DNA of 64,000 nucleotides from Phormidium sp. (GCA_051013385.1 CP143273.1:1760001-1824000), one strand, 5' to 3'. Positions 10,035-17,619 are shown, numbered from the stretch's first letter. Notes: a model not told the origin generated them from the sequence alone. Numbers and translations: made by a program.

Positions 10035-10119
10035 GGAGAGGTGGCCGAGTGGCTTAAGGCATCTGTTTGCTAAACAGAATCGGGTAACACCGACGCAGGT
10101 TCAAATCCTGTCCTCTCCG
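10035..10119 (+). tRNA. trnS: tRNA-Ser(GCT)
   Basis: GGAGAGG/CCTCTCC; TCTGT-TTGCTAA-ACAGA; long variable arm; G73. Confidence 0.93.
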
Positions 10120-10123
10120 CCTT

Positions 10124-10587
10124 GAGAGCGTGGTTTGACATACTCCCCGCCGTAGAACGACGAGGATTCTCCTAACGTCACCGTTTAGGATTTCTGGTTC
10201 ACCGACTCAGCTTAAATTAAACACCTGGCGATATTTAACCCAGAGGCCGCATCTCCCCAGACGTTTACTCCATTGCAGAAGCCTGTTCTCGAATGCCCTT
10301 CGATACAGTTCAAAACCTTAAACTCTTTGGTTTCTCTGGTACTTGTTGCTTAGAGTTTTTACCTGTACAAGCCTTCCTGTACAGAACCCTCTAACCCTAG
10401 TTTTCAAGGTGCGTCTATCGGTTAGATAGCTAGGTTTTTAAACAGGTTGAATACCTTCCCTGTTTCAGGAATCTTAGCATAAAGCCGCCCTATAAGGGCG
10501 GGGCTTTAAACCCAGTTTTTTGGTAACGGGATAACATCTCAGCCTACGAAACTGAAGAATTTGGGGGTTCAAATCCCTCCGCTCTCG
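10124..10587 (+). pseudogene. trnR: tRNA-Arg(ACG) interrupted in the D arm by a 388-bp insertion
   Basis: 5' piece GAGAGCGTGGT (10124-10134) plus 3' piece GTAACGGG...CTACGAA...TTCAAAT...CGCTCTCG (10523-10587) rebuild a full cloverleaf. Confidence 0.88.
10135..10522 (-). mobile_element. Non-autonomous IS200/IS605-family element (IS891/IS1341-like ends, no tnpA/tnpB)
   Basis: On the - strand the left end follows target TTAC and reads CAAAAAACTGGGTTTAAAGCCCCGCCCTTATAGGGCGG; the right end is GAATCCTCGTCGTTCTACGGCGGGGAGTATGTCAA; no target duplication. Confidence 0.85.
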
Positions 10588-10590
10588 TTC

Positions 10591-10664
10591 CCCCCGGTAG
10601 CTCAGTCGGTAGTAGCGCTTGTCTGAAGAACAAGAGGTCGTCAGTTCAATACTGACCTGGGGGA
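10591..10664 (+). tRNA. trnF: tRNA-Phe(GAA)
   Basis: CCCCCGG/CTGGGGG; CTTGT-CTGAAGA-ACAAG. Confidence 0.9.
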
Positions 10665-10669
10665 TTCGT

Positions 10670-10745
10670 TGTCCTGTAGCTCAGTGGCAGTAGCAGTCGC
10701 CTGTTAAGCGAATGGTCGTAGGTTCAATCCCTACCAGGACAGCCA
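10670..10745 (+). tRNA. trnN: tRNA-Asn(GTT), encoded CCA
   Basis: TGTCCTG/CAGGACA; loop CTGTTAA; G73. Confidence 0.92.
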
Positions 10746-10754
10746 TTTATTTAT

Positions 10755-10830
10755 TGCCGGGTGGACGAAAGGCAAAGTCGCATCGCTCTGAACGATGAGA
10801 TTGCAGGTTCGAGACCTGCTCCGGCATCCA
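10755..10830 (+). tRNA. trnQ: tRNA-Gln(CTG), encoded CCA
   Basis: TGCCGGG/TCCGGCA; CATCG-CTCTGAA-CGATG. Confidence 0.9.
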
Positions 10831-10850
10831 TTTTTTAATTTATCAAACAT

Positions 10851-10925
10851 TGAGGAGTCGCCTAATCGGTATGGCACCGCTCTTTGACAGCGGAAAAGTT
10901 GCAGGTTCGAGCCCTGCCTCCTCAG
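10851..10925 (+). tRNA. trnQ: tRNA-Gln(TTG)
   Basis: TGAGGAG/CTCCTCA; CCGCT-CTTTGAC-AGCGG. Confidence 0.92.
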
Positions 10926-10969
10926 TTGTATTTTCCAAAACTTAATTGCTTGAAAAATAATCAATTTTT

Positions 10970-11046
10970 GCTCCTGTAGCCCAACTGGAAGAGGCCGCTA
11001 CCTCAAAAGTAGTGTTGTGTCAGTTCAAATCTGACCAGGAGTACCA
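10970..11046 (+). tRNA. trnL: tRNA-Leu(CAA), short variable loop, encoded CCA
   Basis: GCTCCTG/CAGGAGT; GCTAC-CTCAAAA-GTAGT; 5-nt variable loop. Confidence 0.88.
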
Positions 11047-11052
11047 AAACTC

Positions 11053-11130
11053 GCTCCTGTGGTGCAATTGGTAGACACGGCAAACTTAAAATTTGTTTTT
11101 TTAATGTGGGTTCGAGTCCCACCGGGAGCA
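11053..11130 (+). tRNA. trnL: tRNA-Leu(TAA), intronless
   Basis: GCTCCTG/CGGGAGC; GCAAA-CTTAAAA-TTTGT; unpaired U-rich variable region. Confidence 0.88.
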
Positions 11131-11134
11131 TGAA

Positions 11135-11207
11135 CGGGGTGTAGCGCAGCTGGTAGCGCGTCTGCTTTGGGAGCAGAATGTCGCAGGTTCAAATCCTGCC
11201 ACTCCGA
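11135..11207 (+). tRNA. trnP: tRNA-Pro(TGG)
   Basis: CGGGGTG/CACTCCG; TCTGC-TTTGGGA-GCAGA. Confidence 0.93.
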
Positions 11208-11210
11208 TAT

Positions 11211-11238
11211 ACTCCCTGCAAGTCAATAGGGAGTACCA
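11211..11238 (+). other. Acceptor-stem-only tRNA microhelix/remnant with CCA
   Basis: ACTCCCT-GCAAGTCAAT-AGGGAGT-A-CCA. Confidence 0.6.
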
Positions 11239-11243
11239 AATAT

Positions 11244-11315
11244 GGGTGTTTGGCAGAACGGTTATGCACCTGACTTTTAATCAGGTTGACACAGGTTCGA
11301 CCCCTGTAGCACCCA
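11244..11315 (+). tRNA. trnK: tRNA-Lys(TTT)
   Basis: GGGTGTT/AGCACCC; CCTGA-CTTTTAA-TCAGG. Confidence 0.92.
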
Positions 11316-11391
11316 TGAAATTTTGTCATAATTAAGAAGGAAAAAACAAAAATGTCTGAAGATCGATCGCAATTCCCAATCCCACCCAAGG

Positions 11392-11694
11392 ATGAATTCC
11401 AAAGTTTTGCCCAAAGAAACATTACCCTGTGAACTCTGCGAACGAGCGATGGATAAATTAACCGTCCATCACTTAATTCCCCGACAAAGCACTAAACGCA
11501 AGAAGTTAGATCCAGGCCCAACAATTGATATTTGTTCAGCTTGCCATCGCCAGATTCACGTACTATTTGATAACAAGTATTTGGCTCAAGAATTAAACAG
11601 CAAAGAAAAGCTGAAAAGCGATCGCCAAATGCAGAAATTCCTCGCTTGGGTGCGGAAACAAGACCCTGGTAAACGGGTAAAGGTCGATCGCTAA
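11392..11694 (+). CDS. Small HNH endonuclease
   Basis: CELC...TVHHLIP...CSACHRQIH. Confidence 0.85.
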   Translation: MNSKVLPKETLPCELCERAMDKLTVHHLIPRQSTKRKKLDPGPTIDICSACHRQIHVLFDNKYLAQELNSKEKLKSDRQMQKFLAWVRKQDPGKRVKVDR

Positions 11695-11752
11695 ACTTAC
11701 AAAATATGGCAGGCAAGATGCCTGCCCCACAAGAGTTTTTTCATCAATTTAT

Positions 11753-11851
11753 GCCCTTGTAGCCCAACCGGAAAGAGGCGCTTCGCTTAGAACGAAGAGG
11801 TTGCTGGTATGCGCTACGCGCAGGCTACGCCAACGACTCCAGTCAGGGGCA
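11753..11851 (+). tRNA. trnL: tRNA-Leu(TAG) with an insertion of about 25 nt in the T loop (possibly inactive)
   Basis: GCCCTTG/CAGGGGC; CTTCG-CTTAGAA-CGAAG; GCTGG-T[ATGCGCTACGCGCAGGCTACGCCAA]CGACT-CCAGT. Confidence 0.8.
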
Positions 11852-11862
11852 TTTGGTGACAT

Positions 11863-11941
11863 CGCAGGGATGGAGCAATGGTAAGGCTCGGCAGTCTCAT
11901 AATCTGCAAATCAGCAAGTTCAAATCTTGCCCCTGCCACCA
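11863..11941 (+). tRNA. trnM: tRNA with CAT anticodon (Met/fMet-like), C1:C72 mismatch, encoded CCA
   Basis: CGCAGGG/CCCTGCC; loop CTCATAA; GCAAG-TTCAAAT-CTTGC. Confidence 0.8.
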
Positions 11942-11947
11942 ATTTAT

Positions 11948-12019
11948 GCAGGTGTGGTGTCAATGGCAACACAGCAGTCTTGTAAACTGCCTATGCGAGT
12001 TCGAGTCTCGCCATCTGCT
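11948..12019 (+). tRNA. trnT: tRNA-Thr(TGT)
   Basis: GCAGGTG/CATCTGC; GCAGT-CTTGTAA-ACTGC. Confidence 0.92.
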
Positions 12020-12042
12020 TGTTAAAGGGTGTTTTAAAATTT

Positions 12043-12143
12043 GCCCTGCGACTAAAGTCGCGGGCTATACAAACAAAACCTGCCTCCGCAGGTTAAGAGT
12101 CCGCGTAGGCGGACTTGGTTTATATAGTCGCGGTTTTAACCGC
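12043..12143. repeat. Multi-hairpin REP-like dispersed element
   Basis: Stacked palindromes GCGACTAAAGTCGC, AACCTGCCTCCGCAGGTT, GTCCGCGTAGGCGGAC, GCGGTTTTAACCGC. Confidence 0.65.
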
Positions 12144-12187
12144 CATATCCTGTTAATAAAAAAGGTCGATTTTTAAATTTTAAGGAG

Positions 12188-12826
12188 TTGAAAGCTATGG
12201 TAATGATGACGGTTACGGATGCTTTGGCAGAGCTAACACTATTAGAAAAACGCATTGATTCTGCCAGATTAGGTTTAGATAATAACGGTTTAATTACAGT
12301 TTTGGAAGTTGGCAAAGTCCCAACAGGTTTTAGATCGAGAGATGAGTATCAAGTAAAAGCTCGATCGGGTTTGCAAAGAGTTGACGATTTGATTTCTCGC
12401 AGACGTACTATTAAAAGAGCGATCGTACTTTCTAATGCTTCCACAACCGTCACCATTGCTGGTCAAGAAATGACTGTGGCAGAGGCGATCGAAATGAAAA
12501 GTTTTATCGCTTACTATGAGTCAGTTCTGAACACAATGCAATCAGCTTTTACTCGCGCCCGTCGAGATTACGATTTAGCGCAAGCTAAAGTTAAAGAGCG
12601 ACTTGATAAATTAGCGATGGAAGTTTTGGGTAAGAATGCTGCTTCCGAGAAGTATCAATCTTTGGCTGATAGCTTCCTAGCAAGAGAGGGCGTTGAGTTG
12701 CTAGATCCGACAAATTTAGCAGAAGAGATTGCTAGACGACAAACATTTATTGAGGAGTTTAAATCAACTTGCGATCGTGTTTTGTCAATTAGCAACGCTC
12801 GCACAACGATCGAAATTCCAGATTAA
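12188..12826 (+). CDS. Coiled-coil protein, DIP1984-like
   Basis: Pattern TVTDAL...IVLSNASTTV...TVAEAI...SNARTTIEI parallels the protein at 22486-22944; true start may be ATG 12197 or later. Confidence 0.65.
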   Translation: MKAMVMMTVTDALAELTLLEKRIDSARLGLDNNGLITVLEVGKVPTGFRSRDEYQVKARSGLQRVDDLISRRRTIKRAIVLSNASTTVTIAGQEMTVAEAIEMKSFIAYYESVLNTMQSAFTRARRDYDLAQAKVKERLDKLAMEVLGKNAASEKYQSLADSFLAREGVELLDPTNLAEEIARRQTFIEEFKSTCDRVLSISNARTTIEIPD

Positions 12827-13248
12827 TACCAGATCCCCCCTAACCCCCCTTAATAAGGGGGGAACCGGATTTAAACTTCTCGTTAACAAGAGGGAAAAAC
12901 CAAATTTAAAGTCCCCCTTGTTAAGGGGGATTTAGGGGGATCAAAAACTAGTAACTTAAGTTAATATAATTGCTGATAACTTGAAAATCTCTAAATTTAT
13001 GGTTCTGAGATGGATCTACATTGGCAGGTAGAAAACCATCTCCTACTTTAGTCAAAGCTTAAAGCTCAAAGCTTAAAGATTAAAGTTCAAACCTTAAACC
13101 TTAGCCAATCAAAACTCAAACCATAAAGGTTAAAGTTCGATAAAATCCAGGGTTTTGGTTGTAGGTTCCATAAAACCTTGAGGTTTCCACCTGGCTGAGT
13201 GGTCAGCATTCTTATCTCTTTTCTCCAAGTTAGGATGAAGCTAAAATT

Positions 13249-14094
13249 ATGGATCGAAAAGCGATCGCCCAAGACACTCTCAAAATCTTAGAAGATGGTT
13301 ATTACCAATCTCCTGATGGCAAACGAGTTGATATTGCCAGAGAATTAGTATCATGTATCGCCCAAACTAAATGCTATGACTTACCGGAAATTGAGCAAAT
13401 CCAAAAAGCAGTACTTGCTGAAACTCCTAAATTCTCTAATACGGTATTTGCGGTCAAAAATGAGACGACGTTGATGGGTGCAGAATTCATGGCGCGATCG
13501 CAACAATTTGAAAGAATTGGTGTTTTGAATTTTGCTTCAGCTAAAAACCCTGGTGGTGGATTTCTCAGAGGTGCTCAAGCGCAAGAAGAGAGTTTAGCTC
13601 GGAGTTCTGGACTTTACAAAAGTCTGTTAAAATGTCCTGAATTCTATGATTATCATCGGGGTAGTCGATCGCTTTTGTATTCCGATCGCATGATTTATTC
13701 CCCAAATTGTCCAGTCTTCAAAAAAGATGATGGAACCTTATTATCAACTTCTTATCTAGTAGATTTCATTACTAGTCCCGCCCCCAACGCTGGCGAAATT
13801 GAAAAACAACAACCCGAAGACAAAGAAAAAATCAACGAAGTTGTTTATGTTCGCGGTGCAAAGTTATTAAGTTTAGCAGCTTACCATCAATGTGATGCCT
13901 TAGTTTTAGGTGCTTGGGGTTGTGGAGTATTCCGAAACGATCCGGCAATAGTCGCCCAAATGTTTGCCGATTTATTATTAGCAAACGGGCAATTTTCGCG
14001 AAGATTCAAAAGTGTATTGTTTTCAGTTCTTGATACTAGAGAAGAGAGAAAGATTTTTACCGAATTTTCTAATCGTTTTGGATCAGACAGATAA
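13249..14094 (+). CDS. TIGR02452 family macrodomain protein (bacterial PARG-like ADP-ribosylhydrolase)
   Basis: LNFASAKNPGGG...AQEESLARSS and LVLGAWGCGVFRN motifs. Confidence 0.9.
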   Translation: MDRKAIAQDTLKILEDGYYQSPDGKRVDIARELVSCIAQTKCYDLPEIEQIQKAVLAETPKFSNTVFAVKNETTLMGAEFMARSQQFERIGVLNFASAKNPGGGFLRGAQAQEESLARSSGLYKSLLKCPEFYDYHRGSRSLLYSDRMIYSPNCPVFKKDDGTLLSTSYLVDFITSPAPNAGEIEKQQPEDKEKINEVVYVRGAKLLSLAAYHQCDALVLGAWGCGVFRNDPAIVAQMFADLLLANGQFSRRFKSVLFSVLDTREERKIFTEFSNRFGSDR

Positions 14095-14186
14095 ATTCAG
14101 ACTAATTATTTTGTGAAATGTTTGATTTATAAAAAATCCCAGTCCCGTAGGACAGGCATCTTGCCTGTCATCCCCAGTCCCCATTC

Positions 14187-14257
14187 GCGGATATGGTGTA
14201 GTGAAAGCATATAAGCCTTCCAAGCTTCAGGCACGAGTTTGAACCTCGTTATCCGCT
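14187..14257 (+). tRNA. trnG: tRNA-Gly(TCC)
   Basis: GCGGATA/TATCCGC; loop CTTCCAA; atypical T loop TTTGAAC. Confidence 0.85.
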
Positions 14258-14266
14258 TGAAAAAAT

Positions 14267-14338
14267 GCGGGTGTGATGTAGCGGCTAGCATCTGAGTGCG
14301 CCACACTCAGCGCATGGGTTCAAGTCCCATCACTCGCT
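14267..14338 (+). tRNA. trnG: tRNA-Gly(GCC), C33
   Basis: GCGGGTG/CACTCGC; TGAGT-GCGCCAC-ACTCA; U73. Confidence 0.85.
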
Positions 14339-14350
14339 TGAGAACTATCT

Positions 14351-14424
14351 GGGAGTATAGCTCAATTGGACAGAGTTTCAGGTTTCGACCCTGAAGGCTG
14401 TAGGTTCAAGTCCTACTACTCTCG
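14351..14424 (+). tRNA. trnR: tRNA-Arg(TCG)
   Basis: GGGAGTA/TACTCTC; TCAGG-TTTCGAC-CCTGA. Confidence 0.88.
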
Positions 14425-14432
14425 CTGTTCTC

Positions 14433-14507
14433 AGTCCTGTAACTCAATGGCAGAGAACTTGCCTTACAAGCAAGTGGTCGTAGGTTCGATTCCTACCAGG
14501 ACTACCA
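14433..14507 (+). tRNA. trnV: tRNA-Val(TAC), encoded CCA
   Basis: AGTCCTG/CAGGACT; CTTGC-CTTACAA-GCAAG. Confidence 0.92.
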
Positions 14508-14509
14508 AT

Positions 14510-14582
14510 GCCTCCATAGCTTAGTGGACAGAGCAGCACTCCTCTAAAGTGATTGTCCCAGGTTCAAATCCTGGTGGAGGCG
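14510..14582 (+). tRNA. trnR: tRNA-Arg(TCT), C33
   Basis: GCCTCCA/TGGAGGC; anticodon loop CCTCTAA. Confidence 0.85.
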
Positions 14583-14652
14583 TTAGTCGAACCTAAAAGC
14601 TGGTAAAAAAAGTCGTGCCGCAAAATTCACATTATTTGCTGATAGTTTTCAT

Positions 14653-14723
14653 GGGGACTTGGTGTAACGGTAACACACGATCCTTGCAAGGTCGTTACAG
14701 GGGTTCGACTCCCCTAGTCTCCA
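14653..14723 (+). tRNA. trnA: tRNA-Ala(TGC)
   Basis: GGGGACT/AGTCTCC with G3:U70; loop CTTGCAA. Confidence 0.92.
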
Positions 14724-14776
14724 TCATATAAGGGAGACATAAAAGTTTACGCAAACTCTTATGTCTCCCAAAACTT

Positions 14777-14851
14777 GGTGTCTGAAGCCAAAGTGGTGGC
14801 GGCACTTGTTTGTGAAGCAAGTAATAGCAGGTTCAACTCCTGTCAGACACC
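14777..14851 (+). tRNA. trnH: tRNA-His(GTG)
   Basis: G-1:C73; GTGTCTG/CAGACAC; loop TTGTGAA. Confidence 0.9.
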
Positions 14852-14856
14852 CTCAA

Positions 14857-14942
14857 GGAAGGTGCCGCCGAGTGGACGGCAAGCGGTCTTGAAAACCGTG
14901 GTACGGCTAATAACCGTAGGAGTTCGAGCCTTCCACCTTCCT
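14857..14942 (+). tRNA. trnS: tRNA-Ser(TGA)
   Basis: GGAAGGT/ACCTTCC; GCGGT-CTTGAAA-ACCGT; long variable arm TACGG/CCGTA. Confidence 0.85.
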
Positions 14943-14949
14943 CCTTGAT

Positions 14950-15369
14950 TTAAATTTTGACTTTGTTAGAGTTCTTAAAAAATTCTTTTTCTATGAGGTT
15001 TATCTTTGCCAATAGCTCTGGAGTGTAGCGGCCATTTCTTGGTAGTAGAGCCGGATAGTTTTCTAATATCAACTGTGCTCTTCTTGCTTTCTCTTGTTCT
15101 CTCAAATAAGGAGCAATTAGTTTAAGAGCTTCTATTGCACCTTTGCGACCAACCTTCCAATGATAAGCTTCGCTGTGATTATTTTTTGCTTTATGAGCTA
15201 TACAAGCAGAACCACCAAAGTGGTCTTTCATAAACTGGACAAGTTCAATTGATGTGCTAGTCATTGTTAAATATGGTGCTCTCTGTCCACATTTATTTGT
15301 ACGAATGAGGGTAATACTTCCTTCTCCATCCATCAATCCTGCTGCATAAGCTAGTAAAGTTACGTCCAT
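14950..15369 (-). CDS. Single-motif LAGLIDADG homing endonuclease
   Basis: N-terminal LAYAAGLMDGEGSI motif; 139 aa. Confidence 0.85.
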   Translation of the reverse strand: MDVTLLAYAAGLMDGEGSITLIRTNKCGQRAPYLTMTSTSIELVQFMKDHFGGSACIAHKAKNNHSEAYHWKVGRKGAIEALKLIAPYLREQEKARRAQLILENYPALLPRNGRYTPELLAKINLIEKEFFKNSNKVKI

Positions 15370-15412
15370 AGAAAAATTTGGAAAGTGTATTCATTAATTG
15401 TATATCCTACTC

Positions 15413-15484
15413 CCACCGGAAGCCGAGAAGCGAGGCACTGTGCTGATAACGCAGAGGTAGAAGGGGCAGTACCTTCCCGGTGGA
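15413..15484 (+). tRNA. trnI: tRNA-Ile(GAT), degenerate T loop
   Basis: CCACCGG/CCGGTGG; CTGTG-CTGATAA-CGCAG; GAAGG-GGCAGTA-CCTTC. Confidence 0.75.
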
Positions 15485-15717
15485 TTGATTTACTGCATAG
15501 AATTCTGCGTCAAAATAGTGGTATTAAGTCTCAAAATTTGAACTATGCCCACTCAACGTCAACGAGTTACTGTCTGGGATTTGGCAGTTTATGACCGTGA
15601 AGGTCAACTTATACTTATAGTTGAATTCAAGAGTAAAGACATCGATTTATCTGAACGACAATGAATTATCAGTAGTAGGCTAAAATATTTTTGTTTACTT
15701 AACCAAGCTGTAACACG

Positions 15718-15903
15718 ATGAGTGATAAAGAAACAGTGCTTGAGCTTGTGAAACGTTTACCAGCTACCGTATCTTTACGCGAAATTCTGCGTGAGATCGA
15801 GTTCATTGCAGCGGTTAAAGAAGGTTTGGAGGAGATCGATCGAGGAGAGGGCATATCTGTTGAGTCTGTTGAGGAAATGATGGCAACATGGACTACACAG
15901 TAA
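15718..15903 (+). CDS. Small antitoxin-like protein; overlapping RelE/ParE toxin truncated (MDYTVILSPKAVENLEL*)
   Basis: Typical size and sequence (VKEGLEEIDRGEGIS); short toxin-like start at 15888. Confidence 0.55.
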   Translation: MSDKETVLELVKRLPATVSLREILREIEFIAAVKEGLEEIDRGEGISVESVEEMMATWTTQ

Positions 15904-15945
15904 TTCTGTCTCCGAAAGCAGTAGAAAATCTAGAACTTTAGAAGA

Positions 15946-16578
15946 ATGCAATATCCAGATCCGAAAGTTTTACATCCAATGCCGGGTTTTCCCCAAATTT
16001 GTTTTATTAAAAATGTTGTTTCAAATCCTAATATTATCATTGGCGACTATACTTATTACGACGATCCAGAAGACTCGGAAAATTTCGATCGCAATGTCCT
16101 CTATCACTACCCCTTCATTGGTGACAAATTAATCATTGGCAAATTCTGCGCGATCGCCAGAAATGTCAAATTCATCATGAATGGTGCAAATCATGAAATG
16201 TCCGGGTTTTCCACCTATCCATTTTATATTTTTGGTAATGGTTGGGAACGAGTTACACCTGAGTCGAATGAATCAACTTTTAAAGGTGATACCGTAATTG
16301 GCAATGATGTCTGGATTGGATATGAAGCTGTGATTATGCCAGGAGTAAAAATTGGCGATGGCGCAATTATTGCTGCTAAATCTGTAGTTACTAAAGATGT
16401 GAAACCTTACACCATTGTCGGCGGAAATCCAGCGCAGTTAATCCGCCAACGTTTTTCTGATGAAACAATCAATATTTTGTTGGAAATTGCCTGGTGGAAT
16501 TGGGATATTGAAAAGATTACGAGAAATTTGGAAAAAATTGTTGGTGCGGATATTGAAGCATTAAAAAGTTGTGCATGA
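15946..16578 (+). CDS. vat: Vat/CatB-family xenobiotic (streptogramin A-type) O-acetyltransferase
   Basis: IGDYTYYDD, LIIGKFCAIA, STYPF, GNDVWIG hexapeptide repeats, WWNW. Confidence 0.88.
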   Translation: MQYPDPKVLHPMPGFPQICFIKNVVSNPNIIIGDYTYYDDPEDSENFDRNVLYHYPFIGDKLIIGKFCAIARNVKFIMNGANHEMSGFSTYPFYIFGNGWERVTPESNESTFKGDTVIGNDVWIGYEAVIMPGVKIGDGAIIAAKSVVTKDVKPYTIVGGNPAQLIRQRFSDETINILLEIAWWNWDIEKITRNLEKIVGADIEALKSCA

Positions 16579-17162
16579 TTATGATCTTTAATAGTTTAGG
16601 TATTAAGGGCTATTAACACCTAAATGATTAATTAAGGATAATTTAAAATGTATGACACAGGCAAAACTTGAGCGGAATAAATGTTATATTAATATTGACT
16701 GACGCTATAAGTAATTTTGCTTAGGGCAAAATTACCTATAATTAACAATTAGTAACACTCTAGCTGCTTGACATCAGAATTTAGAATTTCTTTAGATCTC
16801 TACAATCAAATTTTAGATATGGTATATGAAGGTGTTTGACGTTTTATTGATCAATTCAATCAACTAATTAAAGAACGAAGAGAATATAGATCAAAATGTA
16901 GGGAATTAACCTGCAATTCACTAGATCAATATTTCCATTTATTAGAACAAACAGATAGAGAATTACTAAAGGTAACTGAATCATTTGAACAAAGCATAAA
17001 CGAACTTTAAAAAAATAAAATATAGATAAAATTTTAAAATATAAAATTAAGTTGTATTATTTGAAATAATAATTTATCAAAGCCATGAATTTAGATCAGA
17101 TTTAGTATTTTCATCGCTCCATAGCCTGTTAAACTCGGAGAGTAGGGAATCAGACAAAATCC

Positions 17163-17387
17163 ATGCCCAGGAAAATTCGGGAGTTGAAAGCTCAGATTAT
17201 TCGTGAAGGTTTTATTTATTTGCCCAAACGCGGTAAAGGTAGTCATGAGCGTTGGCGACATCCCGTACTCAGAAAAACATTGACTATTTCAGGCAAGGAT
17301 GGAGATGATGTGCCACCATACCTAGAAAAGCAGTTAGCAAAATTATTAACAGAACTGGAACAACTAAGGGAGGATGAAAATTCATGA
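17163..17387 (+). CDS. hicA: HicA toxin
   Basis: RGKGSHERWRHP motif. Confidence 0.88.
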   Translation: MPRKIRELKAQIIREGFIYLPKRGKGSHERWRHPVLRKTLTISGKDGDDVPPYLEKQLAKLLTELEQLREDENS

Positions 17388-17602
17388 GTCAATACAGCAT
17401 GATGATTCAATGGTCTGATGAAGATCAACTTTTCTTAGTTACAATTCCCGAATTTGCCGATCGCGTTATCATGCCTTGCACTCACGGTAAAACACGCGAA
17501 GAAGCAACTCGTAACGGCGAAGAAGTGATAGAAATGTATTTGGAAGCGTGGCAAGCAGAAGGCGAATCTATTCCCGAACCTAACACGCTTCAAATGGCCT
17601 AA
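17384..17602 (+). CDS. hicB: HicB antitoxin
   Basis: WSDEDQLFLVTIPE...THGKTREEA; overlaps hicA stop. Confidence 0.88.
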   Translation: MSQYSMMIQWSDEDQLFLVTIPEFADRVIMPCTHGKTREEATRNGEEVIEMYLEAWQAEGESIPEPNTLQMA

Positions 17603-17619
17603 TTACGAGCTAATGACCT

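Noticed and set aside
10135..10522. Group I intron in tRNA-Arg
   Set aside because: Insertion is in the D arm rather than the anticodon loop, has IS200/IS605-type ends on the opposite strand, and I could not see P/Q/R/S core elements
9120..12176. Short ORFs 9120-9365, 9529-9741, 10731-10964, 11189-11422, 11853-12176
   Set aside because: They overlap tRNA genes and are shadow translations
14857..14942. tRNA-Sec
   Set aside because: Anticodon is TGA (Ser), not TCA, and the acceptor stem is 7 bp
15545..15664. Short ORF MPTQRQRVTVWDLAVYDREGQLILIVEFKSK resembling a PD-(D/E)XK start
   Set aside because: Only about 39 codons; at best a fragment
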